A stretch of DNA of 64,000 nt from Planctomycetota bacterium. GTDB lineage: Bacteria; Planctomycetota; UBA11346. Of the stretch, positions 18,617-29,547 are shown in pieces. Below the pieces are notes generated by a model. The model was not told the origin of the DNA. It ran no database searches and worked only from the letters and a program-made list of their open reading frames with translations. The DNA lies in assembly GCA_003136555.1 (NCBI GenBank), contig PLEW01000056.1, forward strand, positions 25,716 through 89,715, written 5' to 3'. Position numbers and translations under genes: made by a program. How positions within the stretch are numbered: the stretch's first letter is position 1; each line of letters opens with the position of its first letter.

Positions 18617-20407
18617 TCAGAACCTGCTGAAATCGCCCTGGTGGTCGGCGGCTTCCTCGTCGGTGAGGGGTATCACTTGGGAGGGTTTGAGCTGGCGTTC
18701 CGCCTGCGTGATTGCATGGCCGTTGCGCGAGGGCGTCACCGTCCGCTGGCATGGTGGCAGTGCGAGGATTGGCGATGGCGATGCTGGAGCGCTGTGGTTC
18801 GGGCGCGTCGTCTCGGCCACGCTCACCGCCAGTGGTTTCCGCAGCACAGAGGGAGCGGCCTCCAGGGCAGATTGACCGCCCGAGAGGAGCGCCTGGAGAG
18901 CAGTGACGACGAGGGTCAGTTCCTGCGCATGGGATTGCATCTCTTCGCTGGACGCCGCCGCCTCCTCCGCGCCGGCGGCATTCTCCTGCGTCACTTTGTC
19001 CATCTTCGCCACTGCCTGATTGATCTGGAAAATGCCTTTGGCCTGTTCATCGCTGGCATTGGCGACCTCACCAGCCAGCCGCGAGACCTTGAGCACGACA
19101 CCGACCATCTGCTGGAAACTGCCGACCACCTCGCGGTCGAGGGCATGGACGAGATGCTCCTGAACCGAGGCGCTGACGGTCTGAACACGTTCGGTATTCG
19201 CCCGCGCCTCCTTGATCAGCGCAGCCGTGCTCTTGGCTTCCTCAGTCGAGCGGGCGGCGAGATTGCGCACCTCGTCGGCCACCACCGCAAAGCCTAGGCC
19301 AGCCTCACCGGCGCGGGCGGCCTCGACGGCGGCGTTGAGCGCCAGCAGGTTGATCTGGATGGCGATATCATCGATGGAGGCGACCACCTGGGTGGTTTTG
19401 TCATAGGAGGTGCGAATTGCAGTGATCGCCTCCCCCAGCTCCTTGAGTTTGGCGGCGGCGTCGGCAGCGGCCTTGCGAGCGGTGCGCTCGCCGCTCTGCG
19501 AGGTCTTGCTTGCCTCGGTGGCCAGGACGTTGGCCTGGCGGGCGTTGGCGGCGTTCTGGCTGCAGCTGGAGGACAATTCTTCCAAGGCGGCGGTGGTCTG
19601 TTCCAGGCTTGCCGCCTGCTCGCTCGCCCCCTGGGCGATGCGCTGGGCTCCCGCGCTGACTTCGACTGCCGCTGTGGCGACCTGATCAGTACCACTGCGC
19701 AGGCGTCCAGCTGCGCGACCGATATGGCGGACGATGGAGCTGCCGACCAGCCAGTTGCTCGCAACGATGATCCCGATGCAGATCAGCGACTCGGTCAGCA
19801 GGGAACTCCCGGTCTCCTCGACCTGGCTCCGCATCTGGCTCTCACGCAGGGTTAATAGTGCGTTGGTGGTTGCGCCCACCTGATCGATCAAGGCTCGCTC
19901 GTCGGCGACTGCCTGGTCGATCGCCTGCAATGCGCTGGCAGCCGGTGCCAGGGTGGGTGCGGTCCCAGGAGCCGGGACAGGAGCGGCATTGGCTGGGGCG
20001 GCATCAATGGTGGCCAGGTACGCGGCCACCAGGGAGAAGACCTCACCGCCCTTGTCGAGAGCCAGGCTGCGCTGGTCGCGCTGGTCATGGTTCGGTGCGG
20101 CCTCGATCATGCGATCCCAGCTGGCCTTGAACTCCGCCAGCATGGTGATGCTCCTGTCCTGTAACAGCCGACGCTGATCCGGGGTGGCATCGCGGTATTG
20201 GTGCGCCAGCAGGCAGATCTCGCTGGTCAGAGCCGGCTGCGGCGCCAGCGCAGTGACGAGCCGGAGGTCAGCCTGATGCTCCAGAGCGAGCGGGCTGAGG
20301 ACCGTTATGCGTTGGAATGCACACCAGACGGATCCGGCGAGCAACGCCACGACGGCAGCGGAGATGATGCCGAGGACGGCGATACGGGTGCGGATCCGGA
20401 TGACCAT
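18617..20407 (-). CDS. Methyl-accepting chemotaxis protein with long C-terminal tail
   Basis: Signalling hairpin [34 protein letters not shown] ~90-aa Pro/Ser-rich tail ends in GDFSRF. Confidence 0.9.
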   Translation of the reverse strand: MVIRIRTRIAVLGIISAAVVALLAGSVWCAFQRITVLSPLALEHQADLRLVTALAPQPALTSEICLLAHQYRDATPDQRRLLQDRSITMLAEFKASWDRMIEAAPNHDQRDQRSLALDKGGEVFSLVAAYLATIDAAPANAAPVPAPGTAPTLAPAASALQAIDQAVADERALIDQVGATTNALLTLRESQMRSQVEETGSSLLTESLICIGIIVASNWLVGSSIVRHIGRAAGRLRSGTDQVATAAVEVSAGAQRIAQGASEQAASLEQTTAALEELSSSCSQNAANARQANVLATEASKTSQSGERTARKAAADAAAKLKELGEAITAIRTSYDKTTQVVASIDDIAIQINLLALNAAVEAARAGEAGLGFAVVADEVRNLAARSTEEAKSTAALIKEARANTERVQTVSASVQEHLVHALDREVVGSFQQMVGVVLKVSRLAGEVANASDEQAKGIFQINQAVAKMDKVTQENAAGAEEAAASSEEMQSHAQELTLVVTALQALLSGGQSALEAAPSVLRKPLAVSVAETTRPNHSAPASPSPILALPPCQRTVTPSRNGHAITQAERQLKPSQVIPLTDEEAADHQGDFSRF

Positions 20408-20436
20408 GACTGGTTCCTTGCGAGCGGAGGTCGAAG

Positions 20437-20943
20437 TCAGGCCAACGGAGCGTCCTGGGCGACAGGTGGGGAGAGCAGATGCGCCAGATCGAGGACCAGT
20501 GCGACCTTCTGGCCGATGCGTGCGATGCCGGAAAGGTGGCGGCGATCGATGGTACCGCCGAGGTCGGGAGCCGGATCGATGGCATTCTTGGGAATCTCCA
20601 GGACCTCGGTGACCTGATCCACCAGCAAGCCCATCGCCACTGGGCCGTCTGGTCCAGGGACGTTCGAGACGACGATACAGGTGCGCTTGGTATCGGGCAC
20701 CCGCTCGACCCCGAGCCGAATGCGCAGGTCGACCACTGCCAGAACTTTGCCGCGCAGATTGATCACCCCGCGGATGTGCGCGGGCATGCGTGGCACCGGG
20801 GTGATCTCCTGCAGGCCGACTATCTCCTGGACGGCGAGGATGGGGACGACGAGCAGTTCGCGGCCCAGGAGCAGGCCGAGATGCTTATCTGCGCTCGATC
20901 GCTGGCGGGTGGAGCGTACCGGGGACGGGTTGATTGAGCTCAT
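20437..20943 (-). CDS. cheW: CheW coupling protein
   Basis: Single CheW-like domain: [44 protein letters not shown]. Confidence 0.9.
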   Translation of the reverse strand: MSSINPSPVRSTRQRSSADKHLGLLLGRELLVVPILAVQEIVGLQEITPVPRMPAHIRGVINLRGKVLAVVDLRIRLGVERVPDTKRTCIVVSNVPGPDGPVAMGLLVDQVTEVLEIPKNAIDPAPDLGGTIDRRHLSGIARIGQKVALVLDLAHLLSPPVAQDAPLA

Positions 20944-21878
20944 GATCCGTGTCCAGATTGGCGGGAGGAGACGATGGCCCGAGCGGCCTGGCGCAAGGCG
21001 GGGAGCAGAATTCGGCGGGCCATCTCGGGCCCGCGGAAGAGGGTGAGATCCTCCTTGTCGATGGCGGCGACCGCTCCGGCCTCCTTGACCTTGGCGAACA
21101 TGGCGGAGCCGTTCTTGGCGATGGTCGAGACCACCACTGTCGGGATGGGCTTGTACTGCATCAGGCGGCGGAGGAAGGTCAGTCCATCGATCCTGGGCAT
21201 GATCAGATCCAGGGTCAGCACATCGGGGTCGAGTTCGAGGATGCGCTCGCGTGCGACGAAGGGGTCCTCGGCCTCGCCGATGACTTCGAAGTCGTCAGAC
21301 GTTGCGATCACCCCGCGTAGGAGTTGGCGCACTAAGGCCGAATCGTCGATCACCAGCACCCGCGTCTTCCTCGGAGATCCGCTCGCCGCCATAACGCATG
21401 TCTGCTCGGCCGCCGGACCATGCGACAATGATACCACCTCGACCTGCCCGCTGCCGCTGTTCATGGCAATGCGCCTGCCGACGGTGCCCCCGACGCTCTC
21501 GTCGAGGATGCCGATGCCGAGCGCAGCGAGGTGCTCACGCGCGGCGATGATGTTGCGAGCGCCGATATCGCCGACGGATAAGGTGCTCGCATGGACCATC
21601 ACCGAGGCGCCACCGCAGAGCTTGGCCGACAGTGAACCGGTGGTGCTTCCGGCCATCGTCGCCAGCCGCACCAGTCCATCGATCGCCGGGCCGGCGACCT
21701 TGCTGTCGGGCAGGCTGCCGAACTGCTCAGGAACCATGAAGTGGTTCATGCCGCCCCAGCCGCGATGGCGATCATGCAGGCACACCGCTATGCACGAACC
21801 CAGCAGGGTGATCAGGCAGCCCGGCACGCGCAGGTAAGCCATCTCGCCGGGCAGGATGAAGGTCGATTCAATGGGCAT
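20940..21878 (-). CDS. cheD: CheD glutamine deamidase fused to a C-terminal CheB-type receiver domain
   Basis: CheD motifs are [14 protein letters not shown] and GMNHFMVP. The C-terminal REC is [15 protein letters not shown]...DLIMPRIDG...PTVVVS. The start is taken at ATG 21878 (MPIESTF), which overlaps the cheA stop by 11 nt. The longer track ORF extends to 22022. Confidence 0.8.
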   Translation of the reverse strand: [312 protein letters not shown]

Positions 21879-24015
21879 GTGCCACGTCTTGCCGCGCTTC
21901 GATGAGGGCGTCGGGATTGAGGATGAGCGCCACAGTGCCATCCCCCAGGAGGGCGCCACCCGAGAACAGCTCCTCCGACCCTGGCAGCCCCTTGAGCGAG
22001 CGCAGGACCACTTTGCGGACACCCAGGACGGCTTCGACTTCCAATGCTAGGCGTCGGTGCTGGGCGTCGACGGCGACTACGGCTCCCACCTGGGTGTCCT
22101 TGGCCAGGCCCAACGCATTGGCCAGGCAGATCAGCGGCACCGGCATCCCATGGCGGACGATGAAGCGACCAGATGATTCTCCAGGCAGGCTGGTGACCTC
22201 ATCCGGCCGGAGCCTGAAGGTCTCGCGCACGCGATCGAGGGGCAGCACCAGGACCTGGCCACCGGAGCGCACCAGGAAACCGACCATGATCTGGGTCGTC
22301 ACGCCCTTGGGCAGCAGCAGCTGGAAACGCGAGCCGCGTCCAGCCTCGGTCTCGACGTCGATCCGGCCGCCGGCCTGATCGATCATGCGCTTGACCACGT
22401 CCATGCCCACGCCTCGGCCAGAGACATCCGAGACCTGCTCCGCGGTCGATAAGCCCGAGGCGAAGATGAAGTTGACGATGTCGGCCTTCCCCATCTCCAC
22501 TCCCGGCGCGACCAGGCCGAGTGCCTCGGCCTTGGAGCGGATGCGCGCCAGATCGAGGCCGCCACCGTCGTCGGAGATGGCGAGCACGATTGACGCAGCG
22601 GTCTCCTGGACCGAGATGGTGACGGTGCCGCGGCGGGGCTTGCCAGCCAATTCACGCCGCTCCGGAGTCTCGATGCCGTGATCGGCGGCATTGCGAGCCA
22701 GATGGGTCAGGGGGGCATCGAGCAGCTCGACCAGGCTCTTGTCGACCTCGATCTCCTCGCCGCTGATCACCACCTCGATTTCCTTGCCCTTGGCGACCGC
22801 GACATCGCGGACGATGCGGGGGACTTTGCTCAGTTGCGGCCGGATGGGGACCTTGCGGATGGCCATGATCGCCTGCTGGAGCTTGCTCGAGAGCTGGGCG
22901 AAGGTGTCGTTGGCGCGGCGGAATTCTCGTGCCAGCTGCTGTCCTCCCTCGATGCGGCGTGAACGCGTCTGCAGATGCCCATACATGTCCCCGACCACCA
23001 GCAACTCGCCGACATAATGGAGGAAGGTGTCGATGCGCGATTCGGCGACGCGCACCGACTTGCCGGCCTCGTTGCGGTGCAACGCGTCGCTGCGGGGTTC
23101 CTTGGAGGTGGTGTCGTGGTTCGCACTGGCATCGTGCGGGGCGTTCATGGGCGGCGCTTCGGCGGCATGGTATTCGACCGTCGCGGTGTGCAGCGGGGTC
23201 ACCACGAAGCCGGGCAGGGTGATGAGGATCTCCAGCTGGCTGGCGAGATGATCGCGCAGGATGTCGTTGAAGCCGGCGGTGGCGATGCAAGCGGCCCAGC
23301 TGTCGTTGAGCTCGATGGCGAGGGTACGCCCGCGCTCATCAGTGGCGGTGCGGCCGAGGCTGGCGATCAGTTCGGTCATGCGGGTGAGCGCGTTGCTGCT
23401 GGGAGGCTCGGTGAAGGCCTGGGCGATCAGCTGGCGCAGCTCGGCGATGCCCACCTCTGGGGTCGGGGCGCTTGGCGGGATCACGGCGTTTGTCGAGGAC
23501 AGGCCGAGGTCCTTGCGCAGGCGCAGCAGCAGCTGCTCAAGCGCCGGACGGACCGACTGATCCAGCCCGGCGGCACCGCGCGTCAGCCAGGATTCGACCA
23601 CCGTCAGCGACTGGGTGATGCCGCCGCCCACTGTTGATCCGGCAGCACGCTGGCGTTCGACCATCGCATCGAAGGCCTTCTCGTCAGCGACCTCCGGATC
23701 GCCCGCGCGCAGGCGATCGATGCAGGCGCGCAGGACATCGAGGCCTGCCAGCAGGGTCGATATCACGGCCTGGTCGGCCACCAGCTTGCCCTTGCGCACA
23801 TAGTCGAGCACGGTTTCCATCTCGTGCGCCAGGCGCTTGATCGCCATGAAGTTGAAGAAGGCGGAATTGCCCTTAAGCGAGTGGATGGGACGGAAGATGG
23901 CTTCGATCACCTCACGGTCTGCGGGGCGCTGCTCCAGTTCGACGAACAGGCCGGCAACCTGGTTCAAGGTCTCCGCCGACTCGTCGAAGAAGGCGGCGAG
24001 CAGTTCCGGTTCCAT
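21868..24015 (-). CDS. cheA: CheA histidine kinase (HPt-dimerisation-HATPase-CheW-like)
   Basis: HPt (IHSLKGNSAFF), HATPase_c (HLARNAADHGIE, DDGGGLD, GRGVGMDVV) and a C-terminal CheW-like domain. The start is taken at ATG 24015 (MEPELLAAFFDES), just after the upstream cheY stop. Confidence 0.9.
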   Translation of the reverse strand: MEPELLAAFFDESAETLNQVAGLFVELEQRPADREVIEAIFRPIHSLKGNSAFFNFMAIKRLAHEMETVLDYVRKGKLVADQAVISTLLAGLDVLRACIDRLRAGDPEVADEKAFDAMVERQRAAGSTVGGGITQSLTVVESWLTRGAAGLDQSVRPALEQLLLRLRKDLGLSSTNAVIPPSAPTPEVGIAELRQLIAQAFTEPPSSNALTRMTELIASLGRTATDERGRTLAIELNDSWAACIATAGFNDILRDHLASQLEILITLPGFVVTPLHTATVEYHAAEAPPMNAPHDASANHDTTSKEPRSDALHRNEAGKSVRVAESRIDTFLHYVGELLVVGDMYGHLQTRSRRIEGGQQLAREFRRANDTFAQLSSKLQQAIMAIRKVPIRPQLSKVPRIVRDVAVAKGKEIEVVISGEEIEVDKSLVELLDAPLTHLARNAADHGIETPERRELAGKPRRGTVTISVQETAASIVLAISDDGGGLDLARIRSKAEALGLVAPGVEMGKADIVNFIFASGLSTAEQVSDVSGRGVGMDVVKRMIDQAGGRIDVETEAGRGSRFQLLLPKGVTTQIMVGFLVRSGGQVLVLPLDRVRETFRLRPDEVTSLPGESSGRFIVRHGMPVPLICLANALGLAKDTQVGAVVAVDAQHRRLALEVEAVLGVRKVVLRSLKGLPGSEELFSGGALLGDGTVALILNPDALIEARQDVAHAH

Positions 24016-24026
24016 GAACGGTTCGT

Positions 24027-24458
24027 TCACAGCTCCTCCCTGGCCAGCCGCTGCATGCGGGAGAGCTGGGAGCGCCAGGCATCGACCAGCCAGCCAGCCT
24101 GATCGACATGCCTGTCCAGCTCGGAGCAATCGCCGAGCGGCTTGGCGAGGAAGCTGAACGCCCCTTCGCGCAGGCAGGACATCACCACGCTGATCTCGAC
24201 ATGCCCGGTAAGGACGATGACGCGTGCCAGGGGCTGCTCTTGGCGCAGCCGGATCAGCAGGTCGAGACCGCCCATCTCCGGCATCTCGAAGTCGCTGATG
24301 ACGACATCGAAGCGCGTCTTGCCGGTGCGGGCCAGGGCATCGATGCCATTCACCCCGATCTCGACTCGGTGGCCGCGCAGACGCAGGTGCCGCGACACCA
24401 CTTCACGCGTGATCAGGTCGTCATCGACGAAGAGGATGTCGAGGGCCATGGGTGTCAA
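24027..24458 (-). CDS. cheY: Single-domain CheY-like response regulator
   Basis: Receiver signature: ILFVDDD...VVISDFEMPEMGG...LTGH...FLAKP. Confidence 0.85.
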   Translation of the reverse strand: MTPMALDILFVDDDLITREVVSRHLRLRGHRVEIGVNGIDALARTGKTRFDVVISDFEMPEMGGLDLLIRLRQEQPLARVIVLTGHVEISVVMSCLREGAFSFLAKPLGDCSELDRHVDQAGWLVDAWRSQLSRMQRLAREEL

Positions 24459-24871
24459 TCATCCAGCCACGTTGGCTGGGAGAGCGCGCAGGCTTTCGGA
24501 TGCTCGACGCAGCGAACATGTGCCGTAAGCACTGTCCGCCTCCTACGCATATCCGTCCGTCTGCCTCTCTGGGAGCGCCGGGTTCCGATGGGCGAAGCCT
24601 GCCACGCCCAGCGTCGCATCCCATGACCGGACGGAGCCTTATCGCCATTCCGGAGCTGCGTGAAATCGGGCATGGTCGCTCCAGCAACGCCATCGCATAC
24701 GATGACGAGCAAGGCAGTATAGCCTCATAACGGCTGCAAGCGCAATGATGGACCCGCATGCGCGCCATGGCCTCCATCCTGCCACTGCGCATCGGCAGCG
24801 GACAGCAGCTCGATGGCGACTGCATGTGGGAGGCCACTTGGCACCTGTCCTGTCCTGTCCACAGTGCTGGC

Positions 24872-26383
24872 ATGACCTCACCCGTTCCAAGCCTGTGGCT
24901 GATCAGTGGCAGTCAGCAGCTCTACGGCCCCGAGACCTTGCAGCAGGTCGCCGAGAACACGCGTGCCATCGCGGCCGGCCTCAATGGCTCAGGGCGGCTC
25001 CCACTGCCGGTGGTGGCGCAAGCGGTGATGACCACCGGCGAGGACATCCGCTCGCTGTGCCATGCCGCCTCGGCCGACGCCACCTGCATCGGCTTGGTGC
25101 TGTGGATGCACACCTTCTCGCCAGCCAAGATGTGGATCGGAGGATTGTCGTGCCTGCGCAAGCCCTTCGTCCATCTGCATACGCAGATGTACCGGGATCT
25201 CCCCTGGGGCAGCATCGATATGGCGTTCATGAACCTGCATCAGGCAGCGCACGGCGATCGTGAAGGCGCGTTCATCCACACCCGCATGCGCCTCGAGCGC
25301 AAGGTCGTGGTCGGGCATTGGCAGGATGCCGAGGTCCATGATCGTCTCGGGGCCTGGGTCCGTGCTGCCATGGGCTGGCACGACCTGCAAGGAGCGCGCT
25401 TCGTACGCTTCGGCGACAATATGCGCCATGTGGCGGTCACGGATGGCGACAAGGTGGCGGCGGAGCTGCGCTTCGGCTGCTCGGTGATGGCGCACGGCAG
25501 CAGTGAGTTGGCTGACCGCGCGGCAGCGGTGACTCCAGCCGAAGCCGAGACGCTGGTCGAGGAATACCTCGCATCCTATGACTGCGCCGCCGACATCCTC
25601 CCGGGGCGACCAGCACACCAGTCGCTGCATACGGAGGCACGCACCGAGATCGCCCTGCGGCGCTTCCTGAGCGAAGGGCGTTTCAAGGGCTTCACCACCA
25701 ATTTCGAGGATCTCGCCCACCTCGCGCAAGTGCCCGGGCTGGCGGTCCAGCGACTGATGGCGGATGGCTATGGCTTCGGCGCGGAAGGCGACTGGAAGAC
25801 CTGCTTCCTGCTGCGGGCGATGAAGACCATGGCACGTGGCCTGGCCGGAGGGACCTCCTGGATGGAGGACTACACCTATCACCTGGAGCCTGGGCGTGAA
25901 CTGGTGCTCGGCGCGCACATGCTGGAAGTCTGCCCATCCATCGCTGCCGGACGGCCGAGCTTGCGCGTCTCTCCGCTCTCCATCGGCGGCAAGGCCGATC
26001 CGGCGCGGCTGGTCTTCGATGCGCGAGCGGGCGCGGCGGTGAATGCATCGTTGATCGACCTGGGCAATCGCTTCCGGCTCCTGGTCGCCGACATCCACAC
26101 CGTACCCCCGCCGCAGCCGCTGCCGCAGCTGCCGGTGGCCCGTGCGGTCTGGCGCTGCCTGCCTGATTTCAAGACCGCCTGTGCGGCCTGGCTGTATGCC
26201 GGGGGTGCCCACCACGCCGTCTATTCCCAGGCGCTCGCCAGCGAGCATCTCGCGGATTTCGCCTCCATCGCCCAGATCGACCTGGTGCGGATTGATGCGC
26301 ATACCCGCCTGGAGGCCCTGCGCGACCACCTGCGCACCCAGGATGTGGTCTGGAGTTTCGGCCAAGGTCTCGGACGCGTCTGA
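24872..26383 (+). CDS. araA: L-arabinose isomerase
   Basis: N-terminus [19 protein letters not shown] and the ~500-aa length are typical of AraA. The start is trimmed from track ORF 24758 to ATG 24872. Confidence 0.9.
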   Translation: MTSPVPSLWLISGSQQLYGPETLQQVAENTRAIAAGLNGSGRLPLPVVAQAVMTTGEDIRSLCHAASADATCIGLVLWMHTFSPAKMWIGGLSCLRKPFVHLHTQMYRDLPWGSIDMAFMNLHQAAHGDREGAFIHTRMRLERKVVVGHWQDAEVHDRLGAWVRAAMGWHDLQGARFVRFGDNMRHVAVTDGDKVAAELRFGCSVMAHGSSELADRAAAVTPAEAETLVEEYLASYDCAADILPGRPAHQSLHTEARTEIALRRFLSEGRFKGFTTNFEDLAHLAQVPGLAVQRLMADGYGFGAEGDWKTCFLLRAMKTMARGLAGGTSWMEDYTYHLEPGRELVLGAHMLEVCPSIAAGRPSLRVSPLSIGGKADPARLVFDARAGAAVNASLIDLGNRFRLLVADIHTVPPPQPLPQLPVARAVWRCLPDFKTACAAWLYAGGAHHAVYSQALASEHLADFASIAQIDLVRIDAHTRLEALRDHLRTQDVVWSFGQGLGRV

Positions 26384-26440
26384 GGGGAGGGCGACACGCG
26401 TCCAGTGCCTGACTGCCATGCTGTCAGGCGCATCCACCAT

Positions 26441-27292
26441 TCACGAGGGCCGGCGCTGGCCATCGCGAGCCAGTGCCCGCCACGCAGCCGGACTGGCATG
26501 GAAGCGGCGGGTGAACTCGCGGCTGAAGTGGAAGGGGTTGGCGAAGCCGACTCGTGCGGCGACGTCGCTCAGCGGGAGGTCGCCCTCGGCGAGCAGGCGG
26601 CAGGAGGCGTCGAGCCGCAGCCCCTTGAGGTAGCGCAGTGGCGTACAGCGGGTGTGGGCGAGGAAATGGCGGTGGAGCGTCGCCGACGAGACGCCAGCGA
26701 CGCGTGCCAGTTCGCTGACATCATGCGGCTCGGCAAGGCGCTGATGGAGGTGGGCGATCACCGTGCCAAGCACGCTGCGCCGCGACAGCAGCTCCGCGGC
26801 CCCGGGACGCGGCCGCGACCTAGCCGCCAGCAGGCGCAGGGTACGGTAGGCCAGCTCACGGCGCCGGGCATGCGCGGCGAGGTCCTGGACTGAGGTGCCG
26901 AGGAGCTCATCCATGATCTCGCCGAAGGGTGCGGTCGCCTGGGCATCAAGATGGATCGGCAGTTCGATCAGGTCGGCGATATCGAGCACTTCGTTGGCCG
27001 CTACCGAGAGGTGGATCCAGCTGCGTTCCATGCGGCCGAGGTGCGGGTCGATGTGGTGGGTGATGGCCAGGGGCGTGTGGGGCGGGGCGACATAGGCCTC
27101 GCCCGCCGCGACCTGGACCATATGACCGCCCCAGCGGGTGGTATAGGCGCCACAGCGGACGCGGGAGATGATGATATGCGGATCCGTCTTGTTGTGGGTC
27201 CAGCCATCATCGCGCGTCGGTGCCTGTCCGACCTTGATGTAGCGCACGCGCAGGAAATCCTCGGAGCCATCGAAGGGCAGTGCGTCAGCCAT
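26441..27292 (-). CDS. AraC-family transcriptional regulator
   Basis: HTH region: VSELARVAGVSSATLHRHFLAHTRCTPLRYLKGLRL...VGFANPFHFSREFTRRFHASPAAWR. It is divergent from the PQQ dehydrogenase gene. Confidence 0.85.
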   Translation of the reverse strand: MADALPFDGSEDFLRVRYIKVGQAPTRDDGWTHNKTDPHIIISRVRCGAYTTRWGGHMVQVAAGEAYVAPPHTPLAITHHIDPHLGRMERSWIHLSVAANEVLDIADLIELPIHLDAQATAPFGEIMDELLGTSVQDLAAHARRRELAYRTLRLLAARSRPRPGAAELLSRRSVLGTVIAHLHQRLAEPHDVSELARVAGVSSATLHRHFLAHTRCTPLRYLKGLRLDASCRLLAEGDLPLSDVAARVGFANPFHFSREFTRRFHASPAAWRALARDGQRRPS

Positions 27293-27393
27293 GGATGAGA
27301 GCCAGGGATATGCGGCTGCGAGGCGCGGAGATGGACGACAACGCGGGACGATGCCATGACGTAGTTCGTATGCTCATGCTCTGGAAGGGTACT

Positions 27394-29547
27394 ATGCTGA
27401 GAGTCTGCTACAATGCGGCCCTGCTCCTGGCTGGCCTGGTGGCTGGCCTCGCCGGGGCTGAACTGGCCCATGACGATCCCGCCCAACGTGCGGCGCTGCC
27501 GGAGTTTCGGACCATCCCCGCGGCCACACCGGACGAGCTGACCTCGGCCAATGGCTGGCCAGCGACCGATGCCCTGCGCGGCTGGTCGCGCTCGCTGGGT
27601 GGTCCGACCTCTGACCGCTATTCGGCCCTCACCCAGATCACCCGGGCCAATGTCACGCACCTGCAGGTCGCCTGGACATGGAAGGCGGGTGATGGTGGTG
27701 GGGATATGCAGTGCAATCCCATCGTCGTCGATGGCGTGCTCTACACCCCGACGCCCGGCCGGAGCCTGGCGGCAATCGATGCCGCAACCGGCAAGGAGCT
27801 GTGGCGTACCGACCTCGGGCTGGCCAAGGTCGGCGGATACGAGGTTCCCGCCAGGCGTGGGCTGCTCTACTGGCCCGGCGAGGGCGCGGTGGCACCGCGG
27901 CTCTATTTCCCCGGGGGTCGGCGGCTGATGGCCCTCGATGCCAAGACCGGTATGCGCGTCGAGAGCTTCGGCGATCATGGCAGCGTGGTGATGCCCGCGG
28001 GCAGCACCGCTGGTGGAGCGGTCTACCAGCATGTGCTGGTAATCCCTGGGTTCGATCGGGATGTGTACGGTTTCGATCTGATCAGCGGCACGCTGCTGTG
28101 GACGTTCAATACCACGCCCAAGGCCGGCTCACCGGGCGGAGATACATGGACCACCAACCCACCCTATAATGCCGCCAACTGCTGGGGCGGCATGGCCCTC
28201 GATGAGTCGCGTGGCATTGCCTATATCGCCACCGGCTCCCCCAAACCCAACTTCGACGGCACCGATCACCTCGGGGACAACCTCTACTGCAACTGCGTGG
28301 TGGCGATCAAGGCGGACACGGGAGCGTACCTTTGGCATTTCCAAGAGATCCGCCACGACATTTGGGATCTCGATATGCCGGCGCCGCCCAACCTGGTCAC
28401 CGTCATGCACGATGGCAAGCGGGTCGATGCCGTGGCTGCGGTCAGCAAGCTCGGCAATACGCTGCTGCTCGATCGCGTGACCGGCAAGCCGCTCTTCCCG
28501 GTGCGCATGCGTCGCGCTCCGGTCTCACGCCTGCCCGGCGAGCAGACCTCACCCTATCAGCCCGACATCGAGCTGCCGGAGCCCTTCCTGCGCATCCCCA
28601 TCCGGCGCGAGGATCTCACGGACCGCACCCCGGCGGCGAAGCTGTTCATCGAGCAATTGACCTCACGGGCGAACTTCGGCTGGTTCGAGCCGTTCGAGGA
28701 GTCAAAACCGACGGTCTTCTCCGGCACCCATGGGGGTGCGGAATGGACCGGGGCGGCGGTCGATGTGCCGACGGGCCGGCTCTACGTCAGCGTCAATCAT
28801 CAACCGCACATCATCACCGTCTTCCGTGATGACGATCCGCCTCCGGCGAAGCCGGCGAGCGCCGGCGAGCAGCTCTTCCTGCAGTTCTGCGCCGCCTGCC
28901 ATGGACCGGATCGTACGGGTCTCGGTGTCGCCCCGCCGCTGCGCGGACTGCGCCATCGCCTCGATGATGCGGCGGTGCGCGCCTTGTGGAAGACCGGCCG
29001 CAACCTCATGCCGCCGGCTCCCCCGATGACACCGGAGCAGAGCCAGGCACTGCTCGATTTCCTCATGGCCCGCGACCGCGGCACGGCCACTGCGAAGCCT
29101 GATCCGCAGGCGTTGCCGCGCTATTCGTTCAGCGGCTATCGGCGCCTGCTCGACCCCGATGGCTATCCGGGCATCAAGCCGCCATGGGGGACCCTGGCCT
29201 GCATCGATCTCAGCTCGGGCCACAAGCTGTGGCAGGTGCCGCTGGGCGAATACCCGGAGCTGACCAAGGTCGGGATGCCCAAGACCGGGACGGAGAACTT
29301 CGGCGGCCCATCGGTCACCGCCGGAGGGCTGGTGTTCTGCTCCGGCACCAAGGACAACCGCATCCGCGCATTCGACAGCGATACCGGGACGGAGCTGTGG
29401 TCGGCAGACCTGCCCTTCCACGGAAGCACCATGCCGACCATCTATGAGGCCGGGGGGAGGGAGTTCGTCGTCATTCCAGCCACCGGAGGCGGGAAAATCG
29501 GTGGTCCCATAGGGGACGTGTGGGTCGCCTTCGCCCTGCCTCAGTGA
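27394..29547 (+). CDS. PQQ-dependent (quinoprotein) dehydrogenase with embedded c-type cytochrome domain
   Basis: Beta-propeller motifs of the glucose/quinate dehydrogenase family (NPIVVDGVLY, LAAIDAATGKELW, GDNLYCNCVVAIKADTGAYLWHFQEIRHDIWDLD). Haem motif CAACH at 28888..28902. The start is taken at ATG 27394, before the signal peptide. Confidence 0.8.
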   Translation: MLRVCYNAALLLAGLVAGLAGAELAHDDPAQRAALPEFRTIPAATPDELTSANGWPATDALRGWSRSLGGPTSDRYSALTQITRANVTHLQVAWTWKAGDGGGDMQCNPIVVDGVLYTPTPGRSLAAIDAATGKELWRTDLGLAKVGGYEVPARRGLLYWPGEGAVAPRLYFPGGRRLMALDAKTGMRVESFGDHGSVVMPAGSTAGGAVYQHVLVIPGFDRDVYGFDLISGTLLWTFNTTPKAGSPGGDTWTTNPPYNAANCWGGMALDESRGIAYIATGSPKPNFDGTDHLGDNLYCNCVVAIKADTGAYLWHFQEIRHDIWDLDMPAPPNLVTVMHDGKRVDAVAAVSKLGNTLLLDRVTGKPLFPVRMRRAPVSRLPGEQTSPYQPDIELPEPFLRIPIRREDLTDRTPAAKLFIEQLTSRANFGWFEPFEESKPTVFSGTHGGAEWTGAAVDVPTGRLYVSVNHQPHIITVFRDDDPPPAKPASAGEQLFLQFCAACHGPDRTGLGVAPPLRGLRHRLDDAAVRALWKTGRNLMPPAPPMTPEQSQALLDFLMARDRGTATAKPDPQALPRYSFSGYRRLLDPDGYPGIKPPWGTLACIDLSSGHKLWQVPLGEYPELTKVGMPKTGTENFGGPSVTAGGLVFCSGTKDNRIRAFDSDTGTELWSADLPFHGSTMPTIYEAGGREFVVIPATGGGKIGGPIGDVWVAFALPQ

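Noticed and set aside
24989-26440. 483-aa ORF antisense to araA.
   Set aside because: Its composition (Arg/Gly/Ala/Pro/His runs) is that of a shadow frame. The opposite strand encodes an unmistakable L-arabinose isomerase.
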